Assembly: GCF_009914755.1 (NCBI RefSeq)
Contig: NC_060942.1
From: the human T2T-CHM13v2.0 reference genome, Homo sapiens
DNA: 64,000 nucleotides
Strand: one strand, 5' to 3'
Shown: in pieces, positions 1-12,639 of the stretch
Layout: every line of letters begins with the position of its first letter
How positions within the stretch are numbered: the stretch's first letter is position 1
Notes under the pieces: model-generated
Seen by the model: only the letters and a program-made list of their open reading frames with translations
Databases searched by the model: none
What the model was told of the DNA's origin: nothing
Position numbers and translations under genes: made by a program

Positions 1-30
1 TCCCTTCCTAGTGGGTTGATAATTTGGTGG

Positions 31-135
31 TGTGTTAATTAGTTAGCTCTTGCTGGGTAACAAACTCCCACAAGCTGACAGCTTACCACGCACCCAGTTC
101 TGTAGGTCAGAAGTCTCGGCATTGAGGCTCAGGTG
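31..135 (-). mobile_element. MLT1-type (ERVL-MaLR) LTR fragment
   Basis: tgtgttaattagttagctcttgctgggtaacaaactcccca...cagttctgtaggtcagaagtc resembles the reverse complement of an MLT1 3' end. Confidence 0.45.
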
Positions 136-844
136 TGAAATGCGGTTTCTGAATGTTGGGTTTCCTGTGAATTACATATCATAAATCTGGGAACTGGCTT
201 CATAAAGATGCTAAATTGTATGTTGGAACCCTGTTTCCCAACACACTGAGCTGTGTAGAGGTCCTGTTTTTGGTCACAGAATATTTCTGTGTGAGTCTCG
301 TATTGCTTCAGACTGAGTTGAGGCAGTTGTCCGCCCCGCCTTCATCTTTTCCCCAGGGTTCTGCTTTCTGCTTTTGTGGGCAGCTGTGTCTCAGTTGTCT
401 CAGTCTTTCCTACTTTCTCTACTTTGTCCATCACATCTTGTCACTTGATGATCTGTTGGTGCCTCACAAGTTCAAATGTCTTGAACTGTTTCTGCACCCT
501 CTACCTGTGTCCAGCTCTCGTCACACCCTTCTCCACCTGCGTCTGTGCTGGGGCTGCTGCCTCTGCTCCTCGTCTGTTTCCAGTGTGTGGAGTCCGGTGT
601 GCTGACTGTTGGTGGTCACTCAAACTGTGCTTTTGCCATTGCCGATCTTTGACTGCAGAAACTAAAGTGCTTTTCATTTGTGTGTTACAGTAGGTCTAAA
701 ATATTCTGCCAATTTTAATTGGCCTCCAGTTTCCAATAGTACATACAGCTTTAATAACAAAATGAAAATCATAGTCACAGGTACAGTCCCAGGTACAGTG
801 CTTTTAATGATAGACAGTTTATGGTAACAATGACAGCAGCAGCT

Positions 845-1050
845 GTTGCTTTTACTGAGCATTTCTGATGTCAGGTTGCGTACTCGTCTCTTATATGTGT
901 TACTGCACTTAATCCTCACAGCAGCTGCATATGGTGGGCACTACTATCTCTAGATTAGAAGAATGGAAACTCAGACTTAGGATAAGCGACATGACCAAGT
1001 GTGCTTGTAGCTCATTGAGGCCGGGATTCTACTCCAATTGTAAAGCCCAT
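845..1050 (-). mobile_element. MIR SINE
   Basis: tttactgagcatt...ttaatcctcacagcagc...gaatggaaactcagacttagg...acatgaccaag matches the antisense MIR core. Confidence 0.7.
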
Positions 1051-1423
1051 AGGTCTCCCCATCTAAGGTCGTCTTGACAAGGTGTGGTCAAACCCTTTTA
1101 TGAACTGTGGTAATAGGCCAGGTACATGGGACATGCAGGCTTCCATATAGTTACAAAGGGTAGCGAGAAAGGATCATAGTACACATACATCTGAAGGGGC
1201 CATTTTCAGTTTTAGGGAGTTACTTTGTTTTTGATAGAAACAAATCATGGTTTAAGTGCTCTAAACTGAAAGATTTTTTTTTTACCTTGAATGTGTTATT
1301 TTTTACAATTTTGTTTACTTTGAGAAATTCACTGAAGCAGAGTTTAGGAGAGTGCTTACCTTGTTCCTTGCAGTTAGCATCTGTGTTCCTTCCTGTACTT
1401 TGGAGCTGACCAGTTCATCCGTA

Positions 1424-1762
1424 TGGGTAGAGCATCCCTAACCCAAGAACCTGAAGTCCGAAATGCTCCAAAATCGGAAGGTTTCTGAGTGCCAATATGA
1501 CACCACCCAGGGAACATTTTCCACCTAACTTCGCTGGACTGGTTGCAGTCCAGACACCGTCCAAACTTTGTTTCGTGCCCAAATTTACTTTGCATAATGT
1601 GTGAAGTTGGCTTCAGGCTATGTGTATAGGTATTTGTGAAACATAAGTGAATTTCCTGTTTAGACTTGTGTCCTATTTCCAAGATACCGATATATCTTAT
1701 TATGTAAGTACAAATATTCCGAAACTGGAAAACATATGAAATCTGAAGGGATACTCAGCTTG
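1424..1762 (+). mobile_element. Tigger4b (Zombi/MER46) non-autonomous TcMar DNA transposon
   Basis: Termini tgggtagagcatccct / agggatactcagcttg with TA on both sides. Internal ccgaaatgctccaaaatc, cttcaggctatgtgtata and tgtttagacttg match the Tigger4b consensus. Confidence 0.85.
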
Positions 1763-3707
1763 TACTAAAAAATAAATAATTTCTATTTTCTTGAAGTTTA
1801 TACCTAATGAATTGTTCTGTTCATCACAGTTACGTCTCCACAGCCTTTAAAGTTTGCGTGTATAACCCAGTGTTCAGAGTGTTTCTACATCTGTATTTAT
1901 ACTCAGAATTTCCAAAATGGCTTTTCTGCTTTGTCGAGACCGTTTTTCTTACTGCTCCCAAATGTAATTTCCTTGTTTTTAATAAACTGGTATTTGTTTA
2001 GCACATTTTAAGCACCTAGCACTTATTATAGACTTAGAATGGATGAGATTTACAGTTGAAGTAGACAGTGTCATGCATGAATATTGGATCTTTATACGTT
2101 GTTAATGACTTTTTTCATGTTGATTTCTCTGCATGTGAAGTATCTTTTTGAGGGCTTTGCTGAAGATTCTTGATGTATTTTCAGTTTCATAGAACTTAGG
2201 TGTTTCTGTGTTGGCTTAGTATGTATCATTATCCATTCATTTTAGTTCTGAGTGTTTGATGTGTTTAGGATATATCATTAAAAAAAACCTAAGTCTCTGT
2301 TCTCATGCGTGTCACGTTCTGGTGTGCTTAGCTCCACTGGCCATGATCTTATTCCATGCTTGTTCCGGGAGCACACGTCCCCTCTACCCAGGCACACTGG
2401 AGCTGCCTTGTGAGGAGCCCCGTCATCACTGTCTCTCTGTTGTCTTTCCTACTTCCTGAACCCTTGACTCAGGTGGTTGGCGTCCTCATCCACAGTTCTC
2501 ACTGACCTCTAAGCTCCAGGAAGGCAGATCTCACCTCTAAGCCTTCACATCCTTTGCTGTCACGCTTGTGCCCACAGGTTTCTCATTGGCTTTGGTCAGC
2601 CATGTGCCAGTGTAGACAGAAAGCCTGGTCAGAGGACTCGGCTTTCTGACCAGGGGCCTTCCCATGGGGCCTTCCCTGCATATGGGGTAGGACCCCATGG
2701 AGAAGGGCTGCTCCTCTCTCCTTCCTGCTTTCCTCTGCCTCCTTCCTTTCTTCCTCAGTGGTCCTATGGATCCACTACCAGCGGTGGTGGGAAGGTACTC
2801 CCCCACCCCTCCACCTCCATTCTTAGGGTAGCGTTCCCAATCACGGTGTTTGCCTTTCTCTCAGGCTCTCCTTTTGGGGGCATCCAGTGTAGAGACCATT
2901 TGTTGTTTTGTTTGCTGTTTCATCATATGCCTGGTACTTAGTAACTACTTGGAAGTTAGTTATTGACCAGGGGTTGGACAATGGTGCCTCAGTGTTTCTG
3001 TGTTTCTCTGGCTCTCCACCTCCTCCAGCTGAGCCTGCAGCTTGTGTGCCTGGCCTGTGGCACGTGCTCATCTCTGTGAAGTGCTGACCTGGACCTGGAC
3101 GAACTGCATCTCTGTTTTTAGTCCTCTCAGGTTAGCCTGGTTAGAGTAGAATTTTCAGAACGCTCCTTGTGGGGAAAAAAAGAAGTAAAGTTGTTACAAA
3201 AATAATTGAAAAACATCTAAAGAATTGTGCAAAGTAGAATTCTCTTTTTTGAGGCTCAAACACAGTTTTTAGATAATTTAATTGACAAAACCCGTAGACT
3301 CCCTGTCCTTTTTCCTCAACCCTCTCTGAGGAGAGCCCATTCTGTGAGAGAGCGATAGCTTCAGGCTTAGTGGGATCTTCTCCCACAGCCTAATTTCTGA
3401 TGTTCTCTGTAGTCTGACATGTAGTCTTTATTCTGTCCCAGGACTACAGTGATAGGAACCAAGTAACATGTTCACATCACCAGAGTCTGATCACCGTGCC
3501 AGGCATTGGGGAATATTTTTGAGGGAGTTCCTGACAGTTGGACTGGATGACATTAAGATTTTTTCCAACACAAAGATTCTAGGATTCTGTGTTTTTATAA
3601 CCCCCAGTTAAGACCAGGATGCTCTTGGACTTAGATTAACATGTTTATTTAGTTTAAAGAATCGCATCATTATTTTCTTAAAAAATTGGTGGAAGTTAGA
3701 TGATTTA

Positions 3708-3800
3708 ATGTAGCATATAAATAAGAGCACAAAATTGGATGTCTGAAAGATCTTAGGTTAGATCCCATCTCCAGCACTCATTAGGATAGGCTTGGGATGA
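3708..3800 (+). mobile_element. MIR 5' fragment
   Basis: tgtagcat...aagagcac...ttaggttagatcccatctccagcactcattag...cttggg. Confidence 0.45.
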
Positions 3801-3997
3801 ATCTGCATGGATGATATGATTCGAATAAGCAACTGCTTGAAAAGAACAAAAATTCACAGCTTTTAAGACTAGTGAATACATGGTTCTTCTAAGTAGATGT
3901 TTATATCTCTAAGGAATAAAAAACTATTCCAAAAAATAATTATTGAGTCCTGTTATGATTCTGCTGTGACTTAGGATAAGGAAATAGAGGGTTTTTA

Positions 3998-4693
3998 AAT
4001 ATATTTAATTATGGTAAAAGATGCATAACATAAAATTTATCATCTTTACCATGTTTTATTTTTGAGACAGAATCTGTGTGTGTTGCTTAGGCTGGAGCAC
4101 GGGGGCATGATCATAGCTCGCTGCAGCCTTTAACTCCTGGGTCCTGCCTCAGCCTCCTAAGTAGCTGGGACTATAGGCATGTGCCACCACATCCAGCTAA
4201 TTTTTAAATTTTTCATAGAGATAGGGTTTTGCTGTGTTGCCCAGGCTGGTCTCAGACTCCTGGGCTTAAGCATTCCTTTCATTTCTGCTTCCCAGCTTGC
4301 TGGGATTACAGGCGTGAGCCACCGCTGTGAGCCCATCTTGACCATTTTTGAGTGTGCGGTTGCACTAAGTACGTTCCCATTATTGTGCAGTCATCACCAC
4401 TGTCCATCTCCAGAACTCTTTTTATCTTGAACAACTGAAACTCTGTACCCGATAAGCCCTGAGTGCCCGTCCCCACCTCCCCACAGACACTGGCAGTCAC
4501 TGTTCTCTATTTTCTTTTTCCATACATTTGTCAATTCTAGGTGCCTCATGGAAGTGGAGCCATACAGTATTTGTACTTTTGTGACTGGTGTATTTCACTT
4601 AATGGGATCTCTTTAAGGTTGGTCTGTGTGTCAGAATTTCTTTTCTTTTTAAGGCAGAATAATATTCTGTTGTACGGATGGACCACTGTTTTT
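3998..4693 (-). mobile_element. L1M (L1MB-like) 3' end, interrupted by an AluJ and by an L1PA; resumes at 6031-6110
   Basis: taacataaaatttatcatcttt...gtgcagtcatcaccactgtccatctccagaactctttt...gaataatattctgttgtacggatggaccac. It continues after 6031 with tttatctgctcatcc...ttggctgttgtgaataatgctg. Confidence 0.8.
4054..4333 (-). mobile_element. AluJ
   Basis: Antisense Alu dimer with TSD catctt(t/g)accat at 4041-4052 and 4334-4345. Confidence 0.9.
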
Positions 4694-5740
4694 TTTTGTT
4701 TTTTTTGGCCATTACAGGTAAGTTATTTTTATATTTTTAACTTTTAGGTTACGGGGTACATGTGAAGGTGTGTTATATAGTTAAACTCATGTCACGGGGG
4801 TTTGTTGTACATATTATCACTCTGGTATTAAACCTAGTACCCAACAGTAGTATTTTTTCTGTTCCTCTCCCTCCTCCCACCCTCCACCCTCAGGTAGGCC
4901 CCCAATGTCTTTTGTTCCTTTTTTTGTGTTCCTGAGTTCTCATCATTTAGCTTTCACTTATAAGTGAGAACATGCAGCATTGGGTTTTCTGTTCCTGCTG
5001 CGTTAGTTTGCTAAGGATAATAGCCTCCAGCTCCATCCATGTACCCACAAAGGACATACATGATCTCATTCTTTTTTATTGCTGCATAGTATGCCACAAA
5101 ATCCCTTTTGTGTGCTGTGAGGAAGCATATTCACAGGTTCTGGGCACTGTGATGTGGACACCTTTGGGGGTTCATTGTACTGCCTCCCACAGACAGTGTG
5201 CTTGTCACATTTAGATCACCCATGCATTTCTTTGGGACCATAGCTTGTCAGTACGTATTTATTAAAGGGTTAGCTTTAGTAGAAAAATTCTGGTGTAGAT
5301 GTACACGTTTTCTTTATCCAGTCTGTCACCCATGGGCATCTAGGTTGATTCCATGTCTTTGTTATTGTGAATGGTGCTGCAGTGAACATTTGTGGGCATG
5401 TGTCTTTATGGTAGAGTGGTTTATAGTCCTCTGGGTATATACCTAGTGATGGGATTGCTGGGGGGTAGTGCTGATTTTAGCTCTTTGAGGAATTGCCACA
5501 CTGCTTTCCACAATGGTTGAACTAACTCACACTCCCAACAGTGTATAAGTATTCCTTTTTCTCTGCAACCTCCCCAGCATCTGTTATTTTTTGACTGTTT
5601 AATACAGTTATTTGACTGATGTGAGATGGAATCTCATTGTGGTTTTTATTTGCATTTCTCTAATGATCAGTGATACTGAGCTTTTTTTTAACATGCTTGT
5701 TGGCTGCATGTACGTCTTCTCTTGAAATGTGTCTGTTCGT
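4694..5740 (-). mobile_element. 5'-truncated L1PA (L1PA13-16-like) 3' end
   Basis: ttttaggttacggggtacatgtg...ccaccctcaggtaggcccc...gctctttgaggaattgccacactgc...gaaatgtgtctgttc. TSD TGGA(C/G)CACTGTTTTT at 4679-4693 and 6031-6045. Confidence 0.85.
5097..5292 (+). repeat. Dispersed direct copy of 6901-7093 inserted inside the L1PA
   Basis: Manual alignment gives about 11 substitutions and 2 small indels over ~195 bp. Confidence 0.95.
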
Positions 5741-6045
5741 TGGAGCACTGTTTGTTCATTGGAGCAGTGTTTGTTTGTTGGAGCACTGTTTGTCCGTTGG
5801 AGCACTGTTTGTCTGTTCATTGGAGCACTGTTTGTTCATTGGAGCACCGTTTGTCTGTTCGTTGGAGCACTGTGTCTCTGTTCGTTGGAGCACCGTTTGT
5901 TCATTGGAGCACTGTTTGTTCATTGGAGCACTGTTTGTTCATTGGAGCACTGTTTGTCTGTTTGTTGGAGCACTGTTTTTCTGTTCATTGGAGCACTGTT
6001 TATTCATTGGAGCACTGTTCGTCTGTTCATTGGAGCACTGTTTTT
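5731..6045 (+). repeat. Minisatellite, 15 copies of a 19/23-bp unit TTGGAGCACTGTTT(GTCT)GTTCA
   Basis: The GGAGCA core recurs at 5742, 5761, 5780, 5799, 5822, 5841, 5864, 5887, 5906, 5925, 5944, 5967, 5990, 6009 and 6032. Confidence 0.97.
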
Positions 6046-6538
6046 ATCTGCTCATCCTTGGGTCCTTGGGTTGCTTCTACTGCTTGGCTGTTGTGAATAA
6101 TGCTGAATAGCTTTCTTAAAGGAGAAAAAACTTTGGGAAAGTAAATATTTTTTAAAACATGTTTTGATCACTTTTAATGAACCTATAATACCTGCAATAA
6201 AAAAATGAAAATATACAGACATTTAATTTGTGCTCCCTACCCATTATGTTCTTCGATCAAGCCTCTGTTAGATTATGGTATGAGAAGAGTAGTAACAGAA
6301 ATTATGATGGATTCTTACCTTCTTTCCTAATATGTGTTACTGACTTTTTTTGTGTGGCTATTCTGCATGCATTGGAAGAGACGAAGTTAGTATTTACTGG
6401 GAGGTGCTGGGTATTACAATGGCTGCTATCTCTTAAATTATCCCATTTAAATTATTTCAGGTATTTGCTTTCTGCATTCAATTGACAGTAAGTGAAGACT
6501 CTATGCCTTATTGGTACTGACAGGATGGCATAAGGCAG

Positions 6539-6994
6539 TGTATCAGTTTCCTGCTGCTGCTGAACCAGATGACCACAAACTTAGGCCTTAAACAACACAA
6601 GTTTATTATGTTATAGTTCTGGAGGACAGAATTCTGAAGTCAGTTTCACGATTTTAACACCAGTAGGAATCAAGGCGTCAACAGAGTTGGTTTCTTCTGG
6701 AGCTCTAGGGCTCAGTCCACTTCCTTGCCCTTTCCAGCTTGTCCAGGCGTTTGTGCTCATTGGCTAGGGTCCCCTGAAATCTCTCTGGTTGTGACCCTAC
6801 TCTTCCCTCTTTCACTCATAAGGACCCTTGTGATTACATTGTGTCTGCTAGGATAATCTGGGGCCGCAGAAGAGCAAGATCCTTAATTTAATCGCCTCTG
6901 CAGAATCCCTTTTGTGTGCTGTGAGGAAGCGTATTCACAGACTGTGGACACTGTGATGTGGACATCTTTGGGGTTCATTGTACTGCCTCCCACA
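6539..6994 (-). mobile_element. MLT1C/D-like solo LTR (ERVL-MaLR)
   Basis: TG...CA termini; gaccacaaactta, aaggacccttgtgattacatt, aagatccttaatttaatc, tggacatctttgggg...tgcctcccaca. Confidence 0.85.
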
Positions 6995-7598
6995 GACTGT
7001 GCTTTTCACATTTAGATCACCCATGCATTTCTTTGGGATGATAGCTTGTCAGTAGGTATTTATTAAAGGGTTAGCTTTAGTAGAAAAATTCTGTGTTAAA
7101 CATACACAAGTGCACACACACACACATTTCTTTGTTTCACTGTAATTTAAATATCTCTGCATTTTGTATTCACCTTTGTATCTATGATTCATTGTTATTT
7201 ACTTAAAGTTTTACAACAGCGTACATAGGTAAATTGTTAGTTAAAACACATGGTTCTAAATATTTACATATATCATCAAAGCCCTCTGACCTACCATTTA
7301 AAGAAGCTATTAATGTATTCTAGAAAATATGTACCTATAGTTTTAAAGGTATAAGCAATGCTCACAGAAGCTAAAAATCTTCTGTTACACATGGATTTAA
7401 TGAAGAACTAAGTATGATGCATTTTACGATTATTTTAAGTTTTGATGCTTCGTCTCATTAATATGGAGATTTAACTAGTTTTGTTTATTTCTGGAAAATC
7501 TAAGGCTTTTGTTTTTAACCCTTCCATGGTTGCTACCTTCACTCCCTCACCACTTAATGTGTCCTTTCTCAGGCCTTTGCCTGCCACTCCGCTGAAAC

Positions 7599-7769
7599 CA
7601 GTGCTGTGCTGGAGCTGGAGCATATGGCTGTGGTGGCTCGTGAGAACCACTTGTTAGAGATCCAGGACTTTATAGCTTGAAATTGGGAGTGCTGACATCA
7701 TGAAAGTTGTCAAAGTTTGCAGATCAGGTCCCTACCTCTGTCATCCTGTAGCTGGTTTACAGCCCACTG
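7599..7769 (+). mobile_element. MER63A-like hAT-Blackjack MITE
   Basis: cagtgctgtgctggagctgg...gctcgtgagaacc...tagcttgaaattgg...gctggtttacagcccactg with CAGTG/CACTG termini. Confidence 0.7.
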
Positions 7770-8058
7770 TTCTCTGAAAATATATTAACACATTACCAAA
7801 TATCTTCATCTTACCAAATTCTCTTGTTATCAAGTGGTCAATGATCAATACCTTTGCCCACTTTGTCCTTAAAATACTTTTTTCATGGCTTCTCTGACAC
7901 CATAGTATCCTGGTATTATTTTGGTTTTGTTTATTATATCTCTCTTTGTAGTCTTATTTTCTGCTTCTTCACTACCTCTACCACTATCTCTACCTAACTT
8001 GTAAATGTTGAACTACCCCAGGGCTTGGCTCTGGGATCCATCCCTTGTCTGCTTACAC

Positions 8059-8217
8059 CAGGGATTAGTAAACTTTTCTGACAAAGGCCAGATAGCTCTA
8101 TTCCTCTAGTGAAACAGCAATAGGCAATGTGTAAATGAGTTAGTGTGGCTATGTTTCTGCTTACGAAGATGGGTGGCTGACAGGATTTGGCTGAATGTTG
8201 TAGTTAGGTAATTTCTG
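8059..8217 (+). mobile_element. MER58A hAT-Charlie MITE (internally deleted)
   Basis: cagggattagtaaacttttctgacaaaggccagatag...gtgtggctatgtttc...caggatttggc...tagttaggtaatttctg. Confidence 0.7.
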
Positions 8218-9463
8218 ATCCATACCCCCTCGCTGGGTAGTGTCCATTAATAACATGGCTTTAAAAAGTGTCTCTGTGACTAATCACCAAATGTATATCT
8301 CTAGTCTTGAGTTTTTTTCTTTGGGCACCAGACTTGTGCATTTTATTGCTTATTTGAAATGTTGGTTTGTGTTTTCTGAAGATGTCTCAAACTTAATATG
8401 GTCCAAATAGAATCCCTTATTTGTGTCCCAAAACTTTTCTTGCATTTCCTGTCACTCTCTACTCACTAACTGCTCACTACTCTGTTGGCCTTATCTGTCC
8501 CTTGAAGTTGCCAAGCATGTTTCTGCCTGAGGGGCCTTTATACTTATGCTTTCTCTGTCTCTGCTGGCTCTTTGTTAACATTTGGGTGTAGGTTCAGTTG
8601 CCTTTTCTTGACCAGCCACTCATCACTTAACCTCTTATGTTTCTTCATAGATCACTTACCGAAAAAGTACTTTGTATATTTATTTCCTTCTTTATTGTCA
8701 GTCTCTCCCACTTGAGTGTAAGTTCCTTAAGAGTAAGAACTTTGTGCATTTTCCTTTCTTTAGCCTCTTAAGCAGTATCCTCCCTCATAGTAAGCTTCAC
8801 TTACTGTTTGTGGCGAATGAATAAATGAATGTATTTTTTATGTGTTCCAGATATTGGGAAGAACACACAGAGACAGGCATCTAAAATAAGTAGTAGAGTC
8901 AAACAAAGAAAAGTAATATAAAGCAGAGTATTGTAAGAGGACGTGTAAAAAGGAGAGAAAGCTTTCTGTCTTTTCTGTGCTGTCTTTCCTTTTTTGCCTT
9001 TTATTGCATAGCTTTTCTGATTTTAGTTCCTGTTACGCTGTTAGCTTTGAAGTTATATACCCTTTTTGGTTTTAATGGTTACCCTAGCAATTACACCATT
9101 ATCCTTGACTTATCCATGTTTAATATTAAGTGGTACTTTTACCCTCTTTCCGACAATTCGAGGATCTTGAACACTTGAATCCCACTCATTTCCCTCCCAG
9201 TGACTACACCATTGTTATCAAGCATTTAACTCTGTAGACCTTTCAAACCTATAGACGTTTAAAGCCTTCATTGTTGTTGTTTTCCTATTAGAATTTTTAT
9301 TTTATATATAAAAAAAGTTGTTTTACACATCATTTAGGTAGTTTAAAAATATATTATGCTTCTGCATGTATAAAAAGAAAATAAAACAAGTCTACATTCA
9401 AGTTCTACTACTTCTGAATCACTTTTCAACTTACATTTTTTTGATGCCTGTGCTTCCTCTTAG

Positions 9464-9761
<298 letters not shown>

Positions 9762-9764
9762 TAG

Positions 9765-10102
<338 letters not shown>

Positions 10103-10459
10103 AGTATTTTTTAAAAATAATGATTCACTATGTCTTTGGGGTATTTTTCCAAGCCACTGACACTCTTGTGAGGGCTTATAGCGTAATCTGAAAGATTATC
10201 AGTTTATCCAAGAAACTGTCTTTTTGTCTTTTCCACAGTTCAGTAAAATGGACAAAACAGTTACCTTCATGGCACTCGGGAGCAAAGGCTGACTGAGCAA
10301 GGCAACAAGGCCACTGCCCCCGTCTTCCCTCCTTCTGCCCTCTCCTCTTCATCCTTTCCCCACCTTTTTATCTTGGAGATTTTGGACCCCTGCAGCTGGG
10401 ACTGTTGTTTTTTCTGGTAATATTCATTTACATTTACCCATGTGTTTGTCCTTTACTTT

Positions 10460-10758
10460 CTTCTATTTTTCTTTTTTGAGATGGAGTCTCACTGTGTCAC
10501 CCAGGGTGGAGCACAGTGGTGCAATCTTGGCTCACTGCATCCTCCGCCTCCTGGGCTCAAGCAATTCTTGTGCCTCAGCCTTTTGAGTAGCTGGGACCAC
10601 AGGCATGTGCCTGCACACCAGGTTAATTTCTGTATTTTTTGTAGACATGGGGTTTCACCATGTTGGCAGGGCCGGTCTCGAACTCCTGACTTCAAGTGAT
10701 CCACCCACCTTGGCCTCAGAAGGTGCTGGGATTACAGGCTTGAGCCGCCCTACGGGGT
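10460..10758 (-). mobile_element. AluS (Sx/Sz-like)
   Basis: Antisense Alu dimer, gagatggagtctcact...ttacaggcttgagcc. Confidence 0.92.
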
Positions 10759-10964
10759 CATCTTTTAATTTATTCTAAATCTTTGAGGTATTTGTGATAG
10801 AATTCCTTCTGCCCTCAAAATATTCTTTTATATTTTGATTTATATGTTCCTTGGGTGATGAGTTTATCTCATGTTTTATATTTGTCTGATAGTATTTTCT
10901 TTTTTTTTCCCCTCAACTTCCTTTTGAATGATATGTTTGCTGGATACAGATCTCTGCACCTAGA

Positions 10965-11058
10965 ATTTACATAGTTGTCGCAGAGACCTAAAATACTTTA
11001 GGCAAAACTTAAAATACTTACCCTCTGTTTCTTTTCAGATACAGTTTACCAATCTCAG
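10965..11058 (-). mobile_element. MER58 fragment
   Basis: tagttgtcgcagagacc...ttaaaatacttaccctctg...agtttaccaatctcag resembles the antisense MER58A end. Confidence 0.45.
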
Positions 11059-11197
11059 TCCTTGAACTTTTTTAAAATTGTTATTTTAAAGTTTGTTTTT
11101 GATAGTTCCAATATTGAAGCCCCTTTGGGTCCATTTCTATTGCCTGTTGTTTCTCTTGAGTTTTGTTGATTTTTTTTCTCTCATTTTATGCTGGCCA

Positions 11198-11505
<308 letters not shown>

Positions 11506-12639
11506 TAATGTCATGGACATTTTGTTAGCAGAATCATTACAGTAATAACTTGAGATCTTCTTCCAGTGAGGATTTATGTTAACTTCTGCCAAGTAGCTGG
11601 GGGTATTAGCAGTTTAGGATCATCTCAACTGTATTGCATATATTAGTACAGTTTGAAGCTGGGCAGGACTTTGAAGGCCCATTTACTTCTGCATTACCCT
11701 TTTACTCTTAGAGTACATCTCTTTGGGTTTCAACCTAATGTACATTGGGCTCTTAGGATAGCTTCTCCCTTTCCTCTCCTTCCAGGCCCCCACATTGGCC
11801 TGCCTGCAACCCCATTTTCTGCGCACCTAGGCCCTGATGGCTGTTAGAGGTACCCATCAGCCTGCTGGCTGTCCTCTCTGAAGTGGCAGAACCCTTAGGA
11901 AAAAGGCAGTTCAAACGTCAGTTTATCTTCATGATTTTCTTTGATTTTGCCCAGATCCTGGCCACATAATTTCTCACCTTTTTGTTAACTCTTCAGTGTC
12001 TTCAGTCACACATTTTAAATAGTTTCTTCAGTGTTTCTAGCTGTCCTCAGCACGAGGGTTGGTCCAAATTGCCTCGTTTGAAATTAACAGAAGCTCTTGT
12101 GCAATTTAAACTTACACAAATTCCAGTATTTTGGAAATCTGACTTAATTGTGAAATACAGTTTTCAAATGTTAAGTAGAATAGAAAGTTACCTTTCTTTT
12201 GGTGGATGAGAAGTTGGGTGAATACAAACTAAAGTAGATATAAATATTATATGTATTTACAGGATGGCAGACCAGGTGATTGTGTTTAGGAATACTTAAA
12301 CAAGTGCTGTTGGTAAGCTATATAGTAAAATGGGCCCACCGAGAGATGCAGAGGAGAAAATTTCAAAGCCTGTTTACACCAAGTTCTGGAAAATGATGGG
12401 TAGAGTAGGAGATGGGGAAATAATCTGTGTGGGGACTCAGCGGTTAAAAAAACCATACCCTCTTTTATTGTCAGCTAAAAGAATAGTCTTTGCAATGACC
12501 TCATTAACTGATTGACTAAAAATTGTATTAGAACCAAGGGCACAGGAAACGTTAATTCTAGTTCTAGTTTTCTGAAAAACGTAATTGCCATCCAGAAATG
12601 ACTAACGCTTAAAAGTTTCAGTGGCATAGTCCTACTGTC

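Larger units (their letters stand above)
7540..8830 (+). mobile_element. L2 fragments, interrupted by MER63A and MER58A
   Basis: atgtctcaaacttaatatggtccaaa, gtctctcccacttgagtgtaagttcctt, and a terminal gaatgaataaatgaat. Confidence 0.7.

Noticed and set aside
216-693. Overlapping 129-aa and 105-aa ORFs
   Set aside because: Cys/Leu/Ser-rich translations of T/C/G-rich low-complexity DNA with non-ATG starts and no recognisable domain.
4715-4723. U1 snRNA pseudogene on the - strand (ACTTACCTG)
   Set aside because: The match is only 9 nt and does not continue into U1 (GCAGGGG...). It is simply the complement of a consensus donor.
5731-6045. CRISPR-like array, or the repetitive ORFs 5670-6110, 5722-6096 and 5729-6100
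   Set aside because: There are no unique spacers, no cas genes and the context is eukaryotic. The ORFs are open only because the repeat unit lacks stop codons.
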